The notes under the pieces: model-generated
The model's database searches: none
Seen by the model: only the letters and a program-made list of their open reading frames with translations
Told to the model about the DNA's origin: nothing
Source of the DNA: Flaccisagitta enflata
Lineage: Eukaryota
Reading direction: 5' to 3'
NCBI GenBank assembly: GCA_965153355.1
Contig: OZ231126.1
Location: 16,926,001 to 16,990,000, forward strand
DNA length: 64,000 bases
Shown: piece after piece, positions 28,337-42,806 of the stretch
Layout: every line of letters starts with the position of its first letter
Numbering within the stretch: the stretch's first letter is position 1
Translations under genes and position numbers: made by a program

Positions 28337-28631
28337 CTGAATGTTTGTCACTTTAATGTATTATAATCTGAGTAGGTTGGATAGGAAAAGCGGTTAGAGT
28401 GATAGACTGCAGTCGAGTTATAGAAAGGCGAACAAAGCAAAAAGCAGAGATTCAGAGATTATGAAGATATTTGTTGTTAACAATCGATTTGGTTTAATTA
28501 AATCATACGGGTTCTAGGCTTGACACAGATGAGCAAACAAGCGGGGATAGTTACGTTAGGAAAAATCCATGAAAAGACGCTAAAAGCGATACGAAAAATT
28601 ATGGATCGTGTTTTTTAACGTGTTTTGTATC

Positions 28632-29899
28632 TTAATGTTCCTCCAGTTTTCTTTTTTTACTCTTTTCGAGTAAACGTAAAGCCATTGGCAGTTTTCCATC
28701 AACAGATACATGAGTATTTTTAGCTCCGGAAGGTTTGGCAGTAGAGACTTTCCATCCTAACTTAGTAAAGATTTCATTCGCGCTTAGATTGGAGTACATT
28801 CGGTCCAGCATGCCTCCTCGCATTTTTGAATCCATTTTCTCCCATTCTGAGATATCTGATTGAGAAAAAAAGGCGGAGAAGGGAAAAGCGAGTTGGTTTT
28901 CTTGAGACTGTCACAGCAAGGAGAAAGTTGTAGGCGGTTGGACAGGAGTAAAAAATGCTCAGTACCTATATCGCAAGTTTTGCATCTGTCTTTATCGCAG
29001 GAGATTTTGTGTTTGTTAAGGTGCTCGATAACGTACAACTTGAAAACGTTTTCCTAGAAGTTCAAATCATGTTGGTAAGAATCGCCGAAACGGTTCAGTA
29101 TAGATCAGACAATCGCGATTAAGGATCACTTTAGGAATAAACATACTCTATTATAATCCTCATTATTTGTGTTGTTTAGTGTTGAAGTTGGAATATTTTT
29201 TGATTTCTCTGAAAAAGCCCATGGGTCTTCTTCCGTCTCGCTTTGATCACAATTGTCTTCATCGTCAGAAAATTGAGATTCCGCATGTAAAGCTAAAGCA
29301 TCGCGGTATCCTTCTCGATGCAATGAGGCTGAATAATGAAAAAATATAAGTTATATAAATATAATATATTTTATATAGTATTATATTGTAATATTTTATT
29401 GTTGTACCTACCCTCAAGAAAAAATGCTCTATATAAACGTGCAAATGAATTCAGTCCAAGATACAAGCCAGATCCAGTTGCGACATTATCCAACTAAATG
29501 TAAAAAAAAATGTTTTTAATTTCTTATATATATTGAACTTGTTATATTGAAAATGAAAAAACTTTTGAAAAAAAATATTTACTTACATAAGTTGGAATAA
29601 AGTTTATTGAGTCATCTTGTTTTGTTGGCCGGATGATTTTTTTAAGAGTAATGAAATATCCTCCCGGAACAATATCTCCTAAAAAATATGTTATGTTAGT
29701 TTTTAAGTTCTTGTGTGTAAATAAAGTATAGGTACCCAATTAATAAGTAAATTAGGTTATTTTGTATTTTAAATACCTGATCTCAAAACTGTAGGATTCG
29801 AATGAGATAATTTGGCCGCATAACAAGTATTGGGAATATGGATAGCTTCAAAGCAAAATTCCTTAAAAAAGAATAATTATTGATAATTTAATAATAATA

Positions 29900-29953
<54 letters not shown>

Positions 29954-30503
29954 GAAAAAATAATAAAAATAAAAAAAATCTTACCTCCAGTTTTTTTCTA
30001 GTTTCTGGTGATATTTCTGCATCAGGTGTTTTTGTAGAATCCAATATAAATTGAATTGAATTACAAAGATGCATCAGTATTGAAAAAGCTTGAGCATTAA
30101 TCAAGCCCATCAATTCCACAATAGAAACAGACCAAGTAAGATATCCCTAGGTAAACACAAAATATCTTCAAAATGTATATAAGTTATAGAAACACAAAGT
30201 AAACACAAGTAAACACAAGTAAACACAAAATATTTTCAAAATGTATATAAGTTAAGAATGTTTTTTTTATCAACTATTAGAGATCAATGAAATTACCTCA
30301 TTACTTTTGAAACCCTTTATCTGCCAATCTTTTGAACACTTTTTTTCATCAATTTTGAATAAGTTGAATCCCACATGTTCATTTTTATGATAGAAGCTGG
30401 CCCATCTATCATAAAGAAGGCGAACTGAAAATGTTTCTTCATGATCAATTGGAAATTCATAGAATCCTGGAGTTGCTTGTTCTGGCAGATGTTGCGTTTC
30501 CAT
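28632..30503 (-). CDS. One or two multi-exon hypothetical genes downstream of polB, with short AT-rich introns
   Basis: Coding-like segments (METQHLPEQ...KSNE; ELMGL...KKLE; GDIVPGG...FIPT; HREGYRD...; YVIEHLNKHKISCDKDRCKTC; MDSKMRG...KRKLEEH), several bounded by GT/AG; full model not resolved. Confidence 0.5.
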
Positions 30504-30536
30504 TTTTTTAAAAAAATACTAAAAGAAAAAAAACAT

Positions 30537-32672
30537 TTAATCAACAAAAGCTTTTAAATGTAAAGGAAGTGAAAGACCTCCTGTAGGAGAGTAGAGAGAA
30601 CTAGAAAATAGACGTTTTGATGAAAAAGAACTTAAAATTCCTTTAGTAATAGAGTAACAATAAATATTTCCTCTAAGTTTTTTTAGACTATATTGAACAA
30701 TTTTTCTGGGGGTTTTTTTTTTGATAGTTGCGTTTATAAAATCTTTTTTTGTAACCCCTGATTGTAAACGGCGCGCTATACCCTTAATTTTTTTTGTGAT
30801 AGTAATATTTTTATACCCTCCTAAGTAGTACTGTTTAACACTACTCGAGTAATACGAGAAGACTCCCCCCTCTCTTCCAAAATTCAATTTCTTTTCTTCC
30901 TTGAAAAGCCATCTTCTAGACTTCAAAAATTTACTTAAAAATACATGAGTTGCTTCTAATTTTTTATTATTTTTTATGATTGTTTTATAAAGATCAGAAT
31001 CAGTACTAATACAGCTCCAATCTAAAATTCCAGAAAAAGCTTGAAAGTAAGAGGTTGCTAAATGTTTTACAAGATGTGAATCATAAGGGAATTCTTCTTT
31101 ATTCTCTGCATTGTACTGCTTGATTTGACCGTGTTCCAAAGAAGAAAGAGGTCGTTGAATTGATAGGCAAAGGCTATCCTGAAGAAAAGATAATGAATTA
31201 ATTTTTTTCAATTTTAATGAATTAATTAATTAATAAATTAATCAATTAATTAATTAATTACTCACAGTGTCTGAAAATAGCAGACGACAATTATATCCTC
31301 TCAAAGCCAAACGAGAACAGATTGTGAAGTAGGCTCTGTATAGATATAATTTACTGAAAAAAAAAATTTTAATTAATAAAATATCTAATTATGACGGTTC
31401 ACAAATTGAGCGTTTGCCACTGGTGATTATGATTTGGATACGACGGTTTACAAGTTGTGTTATCTGCCACTGGTAATCGAGATCGAGGTGAGAGCGAGAA
31501 AAGTGGGGGAGGGTTAAATGTGGGAAAATCCCGGACTTAACAAACCCGGCAAGAGAGAGAAAGTTTGAAAACAAAAGACGGGAATTAGGAGAGATCGAGA
31601 GAGATCGCGTATTTAACAAATTCGGTCAGAGAGAAAAAACAAAAGACGGGCCTTGATTTAGATTCCAGGGTATATATATATATGATATATACATGAAAGC
31701 ATACACCTCACACCTTCATACTGCATACCTCATAGCGTAAACACGTGATGAGATGCTGAATTGGTTTTTAGATTCCAAGGTTTGCCGGTCAAAGATAAGT
31801 ATATTTGCATTTTCATTGATATGCAAAAAGGAGAAAAATGATTCTTTTTTGGTGTGTCTAAGAAACATTTTTTTGGAAAGAGTCAAACGCGTGCACAGGA
31901 AACTGCTTTCATTCATATGCATTCTACCTGTAAGAATGATGAAAGGGTGTTGTTTTAAGCAATTGTTCAAGCAGTGATCGTTTCAATAGGGCTCAACACA
32001 TTTTTACAAATTTTTGTCGCTCGGTCGGTAGGTCGTCGGTCGGTCGGTTGGTTAGTCGGTCGGTCGGTCGGTCGGTCGGTTGGTCGGTCGGTCGGTCGGT
32101 TACGCACCCGGAAGACAATTTGAAAGTGACTTGATAATTTTAAGGAGTAGAGGAGATGGATTGAAATTTTTTTGGTTTTGCAGTTTTGTGATCCATTTGT
32201 TGAATATTCTAGCCGAATCACATTTTACAATTTTAAAAATATTGGTGATTGTTAGATCATGAATACAGGTTTGGTATAAAATACATTCAGCCCAAGTAGA
32301 GACTGTGTTTTTTTTCTTTAAAAAACTCATTAATCTACTAGAATTTTCTCGACAGGGGTTTAGATTCGCAGCTTTTGCCCATTGAACTTGTTCTTTCGTC
32401 ATTTCTTGGGCGGTTGCATTGTGCTTGAAAGGTAGAGCTGAAAAATCCATATTTAAAAAAGATGTCTTTGCTTGTTCACGATAAGATAATTCAACTTCAC
32501 AAAAATAAATTATGTTATTTTCAAAAGCTTCATGATAGAAGAAATCAAGGTCTCCCTGGGTCAGAGCTTGAGCTACCATCTCAAATTCTGTTGGTCTTCT
32601 TGTAGATGTACACAGAGTGTAAGATACGCTCATTAAACCTGATAAACAGGACGGATATAAGCTGCGAGAGAG

Positions 32673-32722
<50 letters not shown>

Positions 32723-33509
32723 TGCTTTAGCTTCTAGTAGCAGTACTAGTCGTGAGCGTGCGTCTTTACACCTTGTTGTGTCGGTCTGTCGATCCATCCG
32801 CTCGAAATATTTTTAGTTGCGGACACGCAACTCTATAAGAGTCTTTGTCGGTCGGTCCGTTGGTCGGGCTGTCGGGGAGTGCGAGTCAAAAAGTGTGAAA
32901 ACACGCATTTCCGCCCCTAGCTACCCGTCCGCAACTGGTAGGGCCGTGTATCCAGCCTTGTTACAAGCAAACTAACCTGTTGGCATCTGCATAGATAATT
33001 TGGCGTTGCTCCATGTTTTTAAGGCTGTCTTTCACATCAAGGCCCGTAAAAAATGCATAATTTGAAGAGCTTACGCTATAACCTCCAAGCAGGGATTTAG
33101 CATAGATTTGACTTATCTCAGAATTTAAAAGATGTAATTTTATTGGTTTGTTGGCGTTCTTTGGATCTCGCCCGTTTAATAGATAGCTATTGAGCGAAAA
33201 GCTCGCTGCTGAGATGTAGTAAGAAGGCCAAAGATTGCATATTTTATAAAGATATCCATAGTAGAAAATTAATACATCCATTAGCACAGCGCTGTCCAGA
33301 GCCGAATAAATATAAAAAAGTAAATGATAGTTTGGTATTTTAAAAAATTCCCATAATTTCAAAAAAAAATTATATTCATTTGGGGTCGCTCCCGCGCCTT
33401 TCAATTTTGAATGGAAATGGTCTAGTGGAGGGGGTGTTGTTCTTTGTAAGTATGCAAAGGAGTCCACAAATTCAAAAGGCTGAGAAAAAAGAGAGAATGT
33501 GGGTTGTTT

Positions 33510-33594
<85 letters not shown>

Positions 33595-34138
33595 TGTTTA
33601 TGAGAGAGAGAAAGAGCAAGTCTACCTGGATACATTTGCCTTGCATGATTAATTCAAAGTGGGCTTCAGTGTATTTTAGTTTGCTACAAATTAAATCATG
33701 ACTTCTTGGAAAGATATCCTTGAGAGGCTTTCCACTGTTGAGTTTGGCTTGTTGCATGTCCTTTATAAGCCCGTCCAGACTGTCAAATTATGTGAATACA
33801 AGAGATACAAGAATACAAGAGATTACATTGCAGATTGCAGATTGCAGATTACATTGCAGATTGTTGCAGGGGTTTTTACTTCGTTTGTTTAGAGACTGTC
33901 TTACCTTGCGCTAAGCATAAGATAAGAATCCAAGAACTTATATTGTCGGCTGTAAGGACACCGCGGTATAGGAAGGTTCTTTTTTTTCAATTGTTGTTTT
34001 TCAGCAAAAGAAAGAGAATGATAGCAGCAGGTTGCTAACGAAACGCAACTAAATTTGAGGGTGACGGACGTAATCGTGTTTTTGTCGCTTTTGAAGAGAA
34101 CTTTTGGTCGCTCTGTTTAAATAGAGAGAGAGATAGAG

Positions 34139-34189
<51 letters not shown>

Positions 34190-34553
34190 CAGAACAAAGG
34201 TGAAAGAACGACACCTACCGTAAAGAAGTGGAAGGGTGATTATTTCGCCGTTTTTTCCAATTTGATTAAATTTTTTCATTCCCACTCTTGTTATTATGTC
34301 CAGGATAATTTGCGAATCGTATAAGGCAAAATTGTGCAGTAAAATTGGGATCGTGCTGTTATCTTGGGTCAAATTGACGTTGCATACCTGTGTGGAAGTT
34401 GTACCGTTGAGGTTGAGGTTCAATTGATGAAGAACAGAGATCTGTTCGAAAATTTTCGGTTATTAAATTTTCATGTTGATTCCACCATGTCTAATTCATC
34501 AATTGTTGCATACCTGGCATATATTCATCAAAGACCCGTCGGCGAAATGGGCT

Positions 34554-34596
<43 letters not shown>

Positions 34597-35616
34597 TGAG
34601 CGAGTGAGGAGCGAGTGAGCGAGTGAGGAGCGAGCGAGCGAGTGAGGAGCGAGCGAACGAGTGAGTGAGTGAGAGATGTTGTTACCTAGGCCCTTTATGA
34701 CGTCTAAGTGATTGTGGTGGCGGGCGTGGGCATATTTGTGTGTCGGCCCACGGAAAAAAGCCCCACACGTAAAACAATTTGTAGCTGTTGCGAAGGCGAT
34801 CCTATCTTGTATGTTGACATCTTTCTTAAGATTAGGAATTCCAGGATCTCTAGGTTTAACCTTTTTTTCTATAAATTCGTTTATATGATATAATTTACTT
34901 CTCAAGCCGGTCAAAAAGTGCAGATAGAAATCTTCTAATGAATCGCTGGAATCGTTGAGAATTTTACATTCAACCTCACTAAGGTGTGCTGGGAGTTGGG
35001 CTTGCCATAAGCTATAGGGAGAACTGAGAATCAAACTATATGCCATAGGAATCTGTTTGTATTTTGCCGATTTTGGAGGTTTTGCAGTTGCTAAGTCGAT
35101 ACTCTCATGGTCTAGAGGGACGTTACGACATTCAAAGTCCATTGATATCATGAAGATTGGGGGGAAAAGGGACGATAGTCTAGACCTGTCAAATTTTAGA
35201 TATTTCTTCTTAAAAGTTTTGCTTTTTTTACAAAAGTATTTATTATTGTAGAGTATTGTGTTTTTCACAAAGCGTCTGCCAATGGCATTGGGAGTTCCAC
35301 ACTCTGTAGCTATCGCATGTTGAATCGTGATTCTCGAAAATAGGTTCTTTCCAGTGGGTAAATATTTTGCTGGAATGAATGAAAACAAACAAGGCCGGAT
35401 ACACGGCTACCCCAGTCACGCGTCTCGGAGTGGGCAGGAGCTATATTTAGAGTCTCATCATGGTGAGCAGGAACAGTGAGGCCAAAGACCCCCAAAAAAA
35501 GTAGAATATGACAGCCGGACGGACAGCGGACCTTGGATGGGCGGGCAGGCCGCCAGCGGGTTGTAGAGATTGCGTGGCAAACTAAAAAAAGCGGATTACA
35601 ATCTCTCTCTCTCCTC

Positions 35617-35680
<64 letters not shown>

Positions 35681-37152
35681 CTCTCTCTCTCACCTTCTGC
35701 ATATTTGACAATTTCCATACAGGTGAGTGTTGTGATTTTTATCTTTGAATGATTGAATAAGACGAAATAAGTTGATAATAAGTAGAGTATGCTGATATTG
35801 ATGAAGCGGTTTATTGAGCTTTTTTTTTTTATTCTTTAATGGGGCTCTGATGTCCTCTGAATCTCGTAATAGGTCTATGTTGTAATGCATACGAGGATAA
35901 AATTTTATTTTTGATATTATTATTATAATTTGTATTTTTAGTCGCGGACACGCGATTCTACATCTTGCCGTGTCGGTCGGTAGGTCGGTCCGTCGGTCCG
36001 TCCGGCCGTCACATTGAATTCTGAGCAGTTTTCGCATTGCTGCTCCTGCCCGACCGTCTGCGACTGGCCTGTCGTGTATCCGGAGCAGTAAAAAGGGTTC
36101 CCAGGAATAACTATTTGAAATAATAACTATAAAAATAACTATTTGAAAAAAAAGTTTGAAATCAAATTTTATCGTAGTTTGCACTGTGACCTATGGGGAA
36201 AAAATCTTTTTTATTCCATTTAGAACTAAGTTTGATAGGAAGAAGTGAGAAGCTACGAAGGGAGTCGTTATATTGACAGGAATAGATATTTAAAGCTATT
36301 CCTTTGTACTTTTTAAGGAAAGTATAATGCTTCTGGAAAATTTTGAAGGGTAAATCTTCGATGATATGGAATTGGTCAAGGCTCACGCCTTGATGAAGAA
36401 TGTCAATGTGTCCTAGGTCGATGCTTTGAAGTATTTTTTTGATATGTTTATTACGATTTAGGAGGAATTTCCCTCCATGCGCGACGTGTTCAAATTTAAG
36501 TATGATATTGACTAACACGCAAGTGTTAGTGAAACCGATAGGCGTTCTTGTTCCAGGGTCAATGACGTTTCGTCGAAAAACACTTCTGAGATTTTCATGG
36601 AATTTTCGTTTTTTTTCCTTAGATGTGCTTCCCAAGCCGATAACCCCATGTAGAGGTCTCCGTATATGTACAATATTTCCACTTAAAATCTTTGAGAAAG
36701 TCCAGCCTTAAACATGAAAAAAAAATTTTTACTACTACAGTCAATTCCTGCTTTAGTAGATCTATTAAAGCAAGTTTTTTCATTGTTGATTGATCATTTA
36801 TACCTGATTCCACTCTAAGTTCAATTGTTTCACAGTCTATCATTAAGGATCTTGAAAAGCCGTTTAGCAGTTCGTCAACGATAAGAAGGAGATTTTCTTG
36901 ATTTAAATTAGTAGGGGTAATCCAGTATTCATTTCTATAGCTTGAGATTATTGACATTTTGTTTTCTCTTTCTAAGATTTTTTCAAACTGAACCTCGAAG
37001 CTTAAAAATACTATATATTGATATCCCAATTCAAATAAACTCATAAGATATCTCTTCATGTATATGAAAAAAATGTAGGCCTCTTGCTCGGTCAAAAACG
37101 ATATATCGTCATTTTCTGAAACCCGTTCAAAGACTCGTTTTTGTGACGTTCC

Positions 37153-37187
<35 letters not shown>

Positions 37188-37415
37188 GAAATATTGCAAT
37201 TCTTTTCAGTCGAGGACGCACGAAGGATCTATTACTGTATCCCACCCAACCGACGGTGACTGTCCTGCTGCATATCCGGCCTTGCTCACTTTGAATGAAT
37301 ACATATCATGCATACCTCCGTAAAACGAGTCCATCGTGTATTCCTCTATTCCGAGACTGTTTTCATCCAGCCCTTCAAATAGGTCTCCAAAGACGTCAAT
37401 ATTTTCGTCCATCAT
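30537..37415 (-). CDS. polB: Protein-primed family B DNA polymerase (Maverick/Polinton type), 14 exons, ~1450 aa
   Basis: Exons: 37415-37316, 37151-36804, 36706-36191, 35874-35694, ~35332-34686 (acceptor uncertain), 34551-34514, 34387-34219, 34112-33905, 33779-33626, 33479-32977, 32661-32108, 31927-31729, 31353-31266, 31178-30537. Spliced motifs: ESG|WTF, ExoI MDFEC, CFTC..HARHHNH..CQ|VCN Zn insert, ExoII HNFALYDSQ, FLDSY..SA|SL, GKCIQ|PFEFVDS, ExoIII YSALDSAVL, PolA YADAN|SLYP, PolB KSLSNCLP|G, PolC FSDT|DSL. Confidence 0.93.
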
Positions 37416-37699
37416 GTAGTTTATTGTTTTACCTAGATTTTTGGATTACGAGCATAAAAATAATGATTTATCTATACTAATATAATTTAATGAAAAGCAG
37501 AGATAACTAAATTAAGAGAGTTACGCATTGAAATTATATACATATTTCTCATTTTAAAGTTTCAGTTAGTACATTTATTTTTTCCGTTTCATGCTTTTGT
37601 TTGTAGCTTGATTGCAATGTTCATTTTTTCGTTTCCTTTTTACAGTTGTTTTTTTTAAACGTTTTGCGATTTTTTTCCTAATTTTGGTGTCGTCATCGA

Positions 37700-37965
37700 T
37701 CAAACACGTGGAAACACATGGAGCATCATCATAATCATTATCATCATCCTCAGAAATTGGATTTTTTGGAGGGTTATCATCATCATCATTGTCATCATCA
37801 TTATTGTCATCATCATCATTGTCATCATCATCATTGTCATCATCATCATTGTCATCATCATCATTATCATCATCACCATCATCATCATCATCATCACCAT
37901 CATCATCATCACCATCATCATCATCACTGTTGTCATTATCATCATCATAATCATCATTTCATCAA

Positions 37966-38000
<35 letters not shown>

Positions 38001-38013
38001 ACATCATTATCAC

Positions 38014-38055
<42 letters not shown>

Positions 38056-38976
38056 TGTCATCATCATCATCATCATCATCACCATCATCACCATCATCGC
38101 CATCATCATCATCATCATCATTGTTATCATTGTTGTTATCATCATCATCATCAGCATTGTTATCATCACTGTTGCTATTGTCATTGCTACTGTTATTATC
38201 ATTTTCTTCGTTGTGATCATTTTCTTCATTATCGTTGCTTCCTCCACTGCCGGTGTTGTCGTTCTCGCTGTCAGGTTCTTTGTTTTCCGGATTGTCATTG
38301 CACTCATTGACTTCCATGACCCTCCTCTTTTTTGGATTTGTTAAGTGGTTGGGCTTTTTTTTTATTTCGTGTTTCTTCCTTTCTATTTTTTCATTCTTCT
38401 TTACTTTTTTCATTCTGTTAGTTTTCTCCAGATGGGTGGGAGATTTTTTTGTTATCTGCTTTCCTGTCTTTTTTTTCTCGCTCTTTTGCTTGTTTTGTAT
38501 TGTGACAGAATCTTGTTGTTTTAATCTCCTTTTACCATATTTAGTTGGCCAAACTATATTTTTAGCGATATTGTTGATTAAACCGTTAAAGCTAGTTTTG
38601 TTCTGGTTAGGATTTAGGCTCTCAATAGATTTTGAATCGCTCGGCTTTACTGAAAGGGCTTCTACATTTGAGTGGCTCTTATCATCTGTATTCATTGTTT
38701 TGTTTACGTATTTTCTACATGCGGCTATTAGTTGTTCGCGTTCTTTCTCCTGTCTTTTTTCTTTTAAATAACTAGTCTCGTAGATATTTTTCATTAGAGG
38801 AGTCCCGAAGTACGCACTTCCACTCGTTTGTTTAGCAAGACAAAAATTCTCACTCCAGCCACCCCTAGTAATTCTTAGGAGACTCCTTTAACTAACTCGA
38901 TCCAATATTCTTTCACTTGTCATATCTACGATTTGTTGAAAAAGATGAACACAAAACTACAAGTTTCCATAGAGAA

Positions 38977-39042
<66 letters not shown>

Positions 39043-40722
39043 GGTTAGGAATACTTAAACAGTTAAGCTTTTGACGATGTTTTAAAAAAGATGTTTTAAA
39101 GAGTAAACTTACCTTTTCTGACGAGCGTTATTAAAGATGACGGCGCACATCGAGCAGCTGAGGGAGGGGAGAGGGGTAGGACAAGGGAACATGGAGTTAT
39201 CGCGATTATTGTTTAGGGAACATGACTGACGGACAATCAGGAATGTGCACTTACCGAACTAGCAGAAAGTTATCTAGCATTTTAGATTCTTCAATTGAAG
39301 ATCGTTCGACGGAATTAAGTTTGAGAGACTTGTATGTACGCAAAAATATATCGTCTCCATGATAAACTATGAAAAAAAAAGTCTCGGTGAGTATATGGTT
39401 ATTTCCATGTACTGAAATATGAGATGTGTTGTTATGAAATTGTGTTACCTGTAAAATGCTGATTTGCATGTTGTAAACAACATGTTTTTGAATTGTAAAG
39501 ATCGCCATTTCTAAGGCATAGGACGCAGGTTAAGATAAAAGTATGACTTCCATGAGTCAAAGCGTGGAGTCCTACGAATGTCAGTAGAAAAAACAATTTT
39601 ACTTACCATTTAGACAAGTGTAGCAGAATAGATAATTCAAGGGGGTAAAATAGATGTAAAATGTGCTTACCATGATGATTTTGCCAATGTTTTCTGATTT
39701 CTTCGAAGGTCCATAAAGGCATGACTCTTTGAATATTAATATTTGAAACAGCCTTATTAACAAATTTGTATTTGACTTTCTCAACAGGTTTTACGTCGTT
39801 TGCTGCAGCCGGACAGAGAAAGCAGTTGCTAATAACAGAAGCGCTCAGAAGCTCTTGATCTATGCTGTTAGAATTAAAGATTTTTTTTAAGGAAGCTACT
39901 TCTTTTTTTTCAAATCTTTTGCTCATTCTCAACAATTTCCTATTGGAATAATTTAAAAGACTTTCTTTTCTTTTTGGGCTGTTTTTCAAGAAAAACTCTA
40001 TGTTTCTTAACACGTTTCCTCGGATTTTTTCCAACTGAGCTTTAGAAGCACTTGATAAGCTGTTAAAACTCTCATGAGGTTTAGATTTTTTGTAATCTAA
40101 GAGATCTTCTTTGTAGCGGTTTAGGTAATCGTCGGTCTGTAAGTTTTCACAACTTGTAGCTAACGCCGCTAGGAATTTTACATCAAGATCTATGCGGTTG
40201 TTTTCGTCGTCGTAGTTTTGTAAAAATTGATCCAGAAGAGTCGAGTCAGGAAACGCCACAGCCTGAGCCAACTGGTCCTTGCTCACTCTTGTTAATGCTT
40301 CCTTAACCGGTAACACACCGTCTTGGGGGAAAAGGCTTAGTATTAGATTTAGATTTTCATTTTCTTTAGGAAAAATTTCTTTTAATGTGCTTACGATAAG
40401 ATCTTTCACATCCTGATTCTCGACATTTGTTTGTTGAATGTTATCTTCAAATTGTTTTATAAATGATGATTGCTTTACTATTTCTAAACCTATTTGACTT
40501 TCAAACTCGGCTTCATTTTGTACTGTTGGAGTTATGCTAAGTAAGTCGGGTTGTTGCTTGGTACCCATTGTCAACTGATCTAATTTACTTAGGAAATCTC
40601 GCAAATCTGGATTTAAGATATTTGATTCGGCAAAGCTAGTGTAGTCTATGTGAGAGCTTTTTATTTTAAGAGAGGCCGGTAGTGTTGTTGCTGCAGTAGA
40701 ATTACTGCAAACGGCCATATGA
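37700..40722 (-). CDS. Multi-exon zinc-finger-like protein with Lys-rich and Asp/Asn-rich tail
   Basis: Phase-compatible exons ~40722-39671, 39571-39449, 39411-39255, 39157-39113, probably joining ORF 38794-37700; spliced motifs CFLC..HWQNHH, CVLC..CCLQHANQHFTVH, RCSMC..F; 5' end and last junction uncertain. Confidence 0.55.
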
Positions 40723-40733
40723 TCTGCAAATGA

Positions 40734-40810
<77 letters not shown>

Positions 40811-40975
40811 GAGAGAGAGAGAGTTTAGAATCGAATAGACCCTACCTTCTGCCTTTATCTTTTAGGCCCGGGAAATTACATCACCTACCTCAATAATTCT
40901 TAATGAAGACGTGTTTTGCACCGCAGCTCCTTGTTTGACGCTTATTGGAAAATCGGAAATAAAAAAAAGAATCCT

Positions 40976-41113
<138 letters not shown>

Positions 41114-41136
41114 AGAGAGAGAGAACAGAGAGAGAG

Positions 41137-41399
<263 letters not shown>

Positions 41400-42477
41400 A
41401 GAGAATTTAAAGAGCGTTGTAGGAAGAAGACCGTTTTCAAACGTCGTGACGATGCGCTGTGAGGTTGATGTTGTGAGGTAAGCTTTCAATAAGACTCTCG
41501 CAATACTCACACTGATTGAAATATTTTCCAGTATGAGTATCGCGAGAGGCACACTTGGGCTATTTTTTTTTTTTTGATGATGAACGCTTTTTTCTTTTCT
41601 TTTTTTCTTTCTTTTTTCTTTTTTTCAGACATCAGTCGGCGTTTTCCTTGGCTGTGGCACCGCGTTTCTATACACGTTATTAAAAGACCGTCCGCGAGTG
41701 GTGTTAACGTTTATGCAGCCAAAGCCCTTTTGACTGTTGTATAACATTTGTTTTGTAATGATTGTTTTATAACACGATTTTATAATAAGTTTTATAACAA
41801 GACGCTTTAAAAGAGGCGGTCGTCAAGTGATGATGTCGTAATACAGCTCCGTGAGTTTTTTTTTCAGCGTCCATATTTTTTCTGTTACGGATACGCGCCT
41901 CTACACTCCATCGCATTGGTCGATCGGTCGGTCGGTTGCTCCGTCCGTGTCCAATATTCCTGCCCGGATCTACGGATACACGTCTCTACACTCCATCACA
42001 TCGGTCGGTCGGTCGGTCGGTCGGTTGGTTTTGTCCAGCCGTCCAACATGTTCCTGCCCGGGATGTTTTTTGGCTTGTAGCAGTTGTTTTGTTTTTTCTT
42101 TTCTTTTTTCTTTTTTTCTTGGTCGTTTGAGAGATGCGGTACATCACGTGTTATGGGCAGAAAATGGCGCACAAAATTATTTTGATTAAGCTGTTGAGCT
42201 ATACATATATTTTATGTGCCGTCTTCCACCCAAACTCGCGAGTAAAAACGCGAATTCGTTACGATGATGCGGCCGCGCGGGAGTGTCGGGATTACCTTAG
42301 TTTTCGAGCTTGGATATTGACGTAAATGGTGATTATGATTGAATGATTTAGCGCTACTGGGCAGTATTACAAAACGTCTAGGATACACTGCCATACTATC
42401 CAGTAACCCGAGATCAAAAAATCGTTATTTGAACCGAAAGAAAGAAAAAGACAAGGTGATCAAAGTGGCGATGATGG

Positions 42478-42480
<3 letters not shown>

Positions 42481-42566
<86 letters not shown>

Positions 42567-42641
42567 GACAAAGTGATGACAGAGTGACAGAGTGACAGAG
42601 TGACAGAGTGACAGAGCGACAGAGTGACAGAGTGACAGAGT

Positions 42642-42731
<90 letters not shown>

Positions 42732-42806
42732 GACAAAGTGATGACAGAGTGACAGAGTGACAGAGTGACAGAGTGACAGAGCGACAGAGTGACAGAGTGA
42801 CAGAGT

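Noticed and set aside
30537-37415. polB as a fragmented pseudogene
   Set aside because: Fragments are bounded by canonical splice sites and join in phase with intact motifs; only one junction is uncertain
37718-38344. Poly-His/Ile and poly-Met ORFs
   Set aside because: Alternative frames of the (CAT/GAT)n tract encoding the poly-Asp tail
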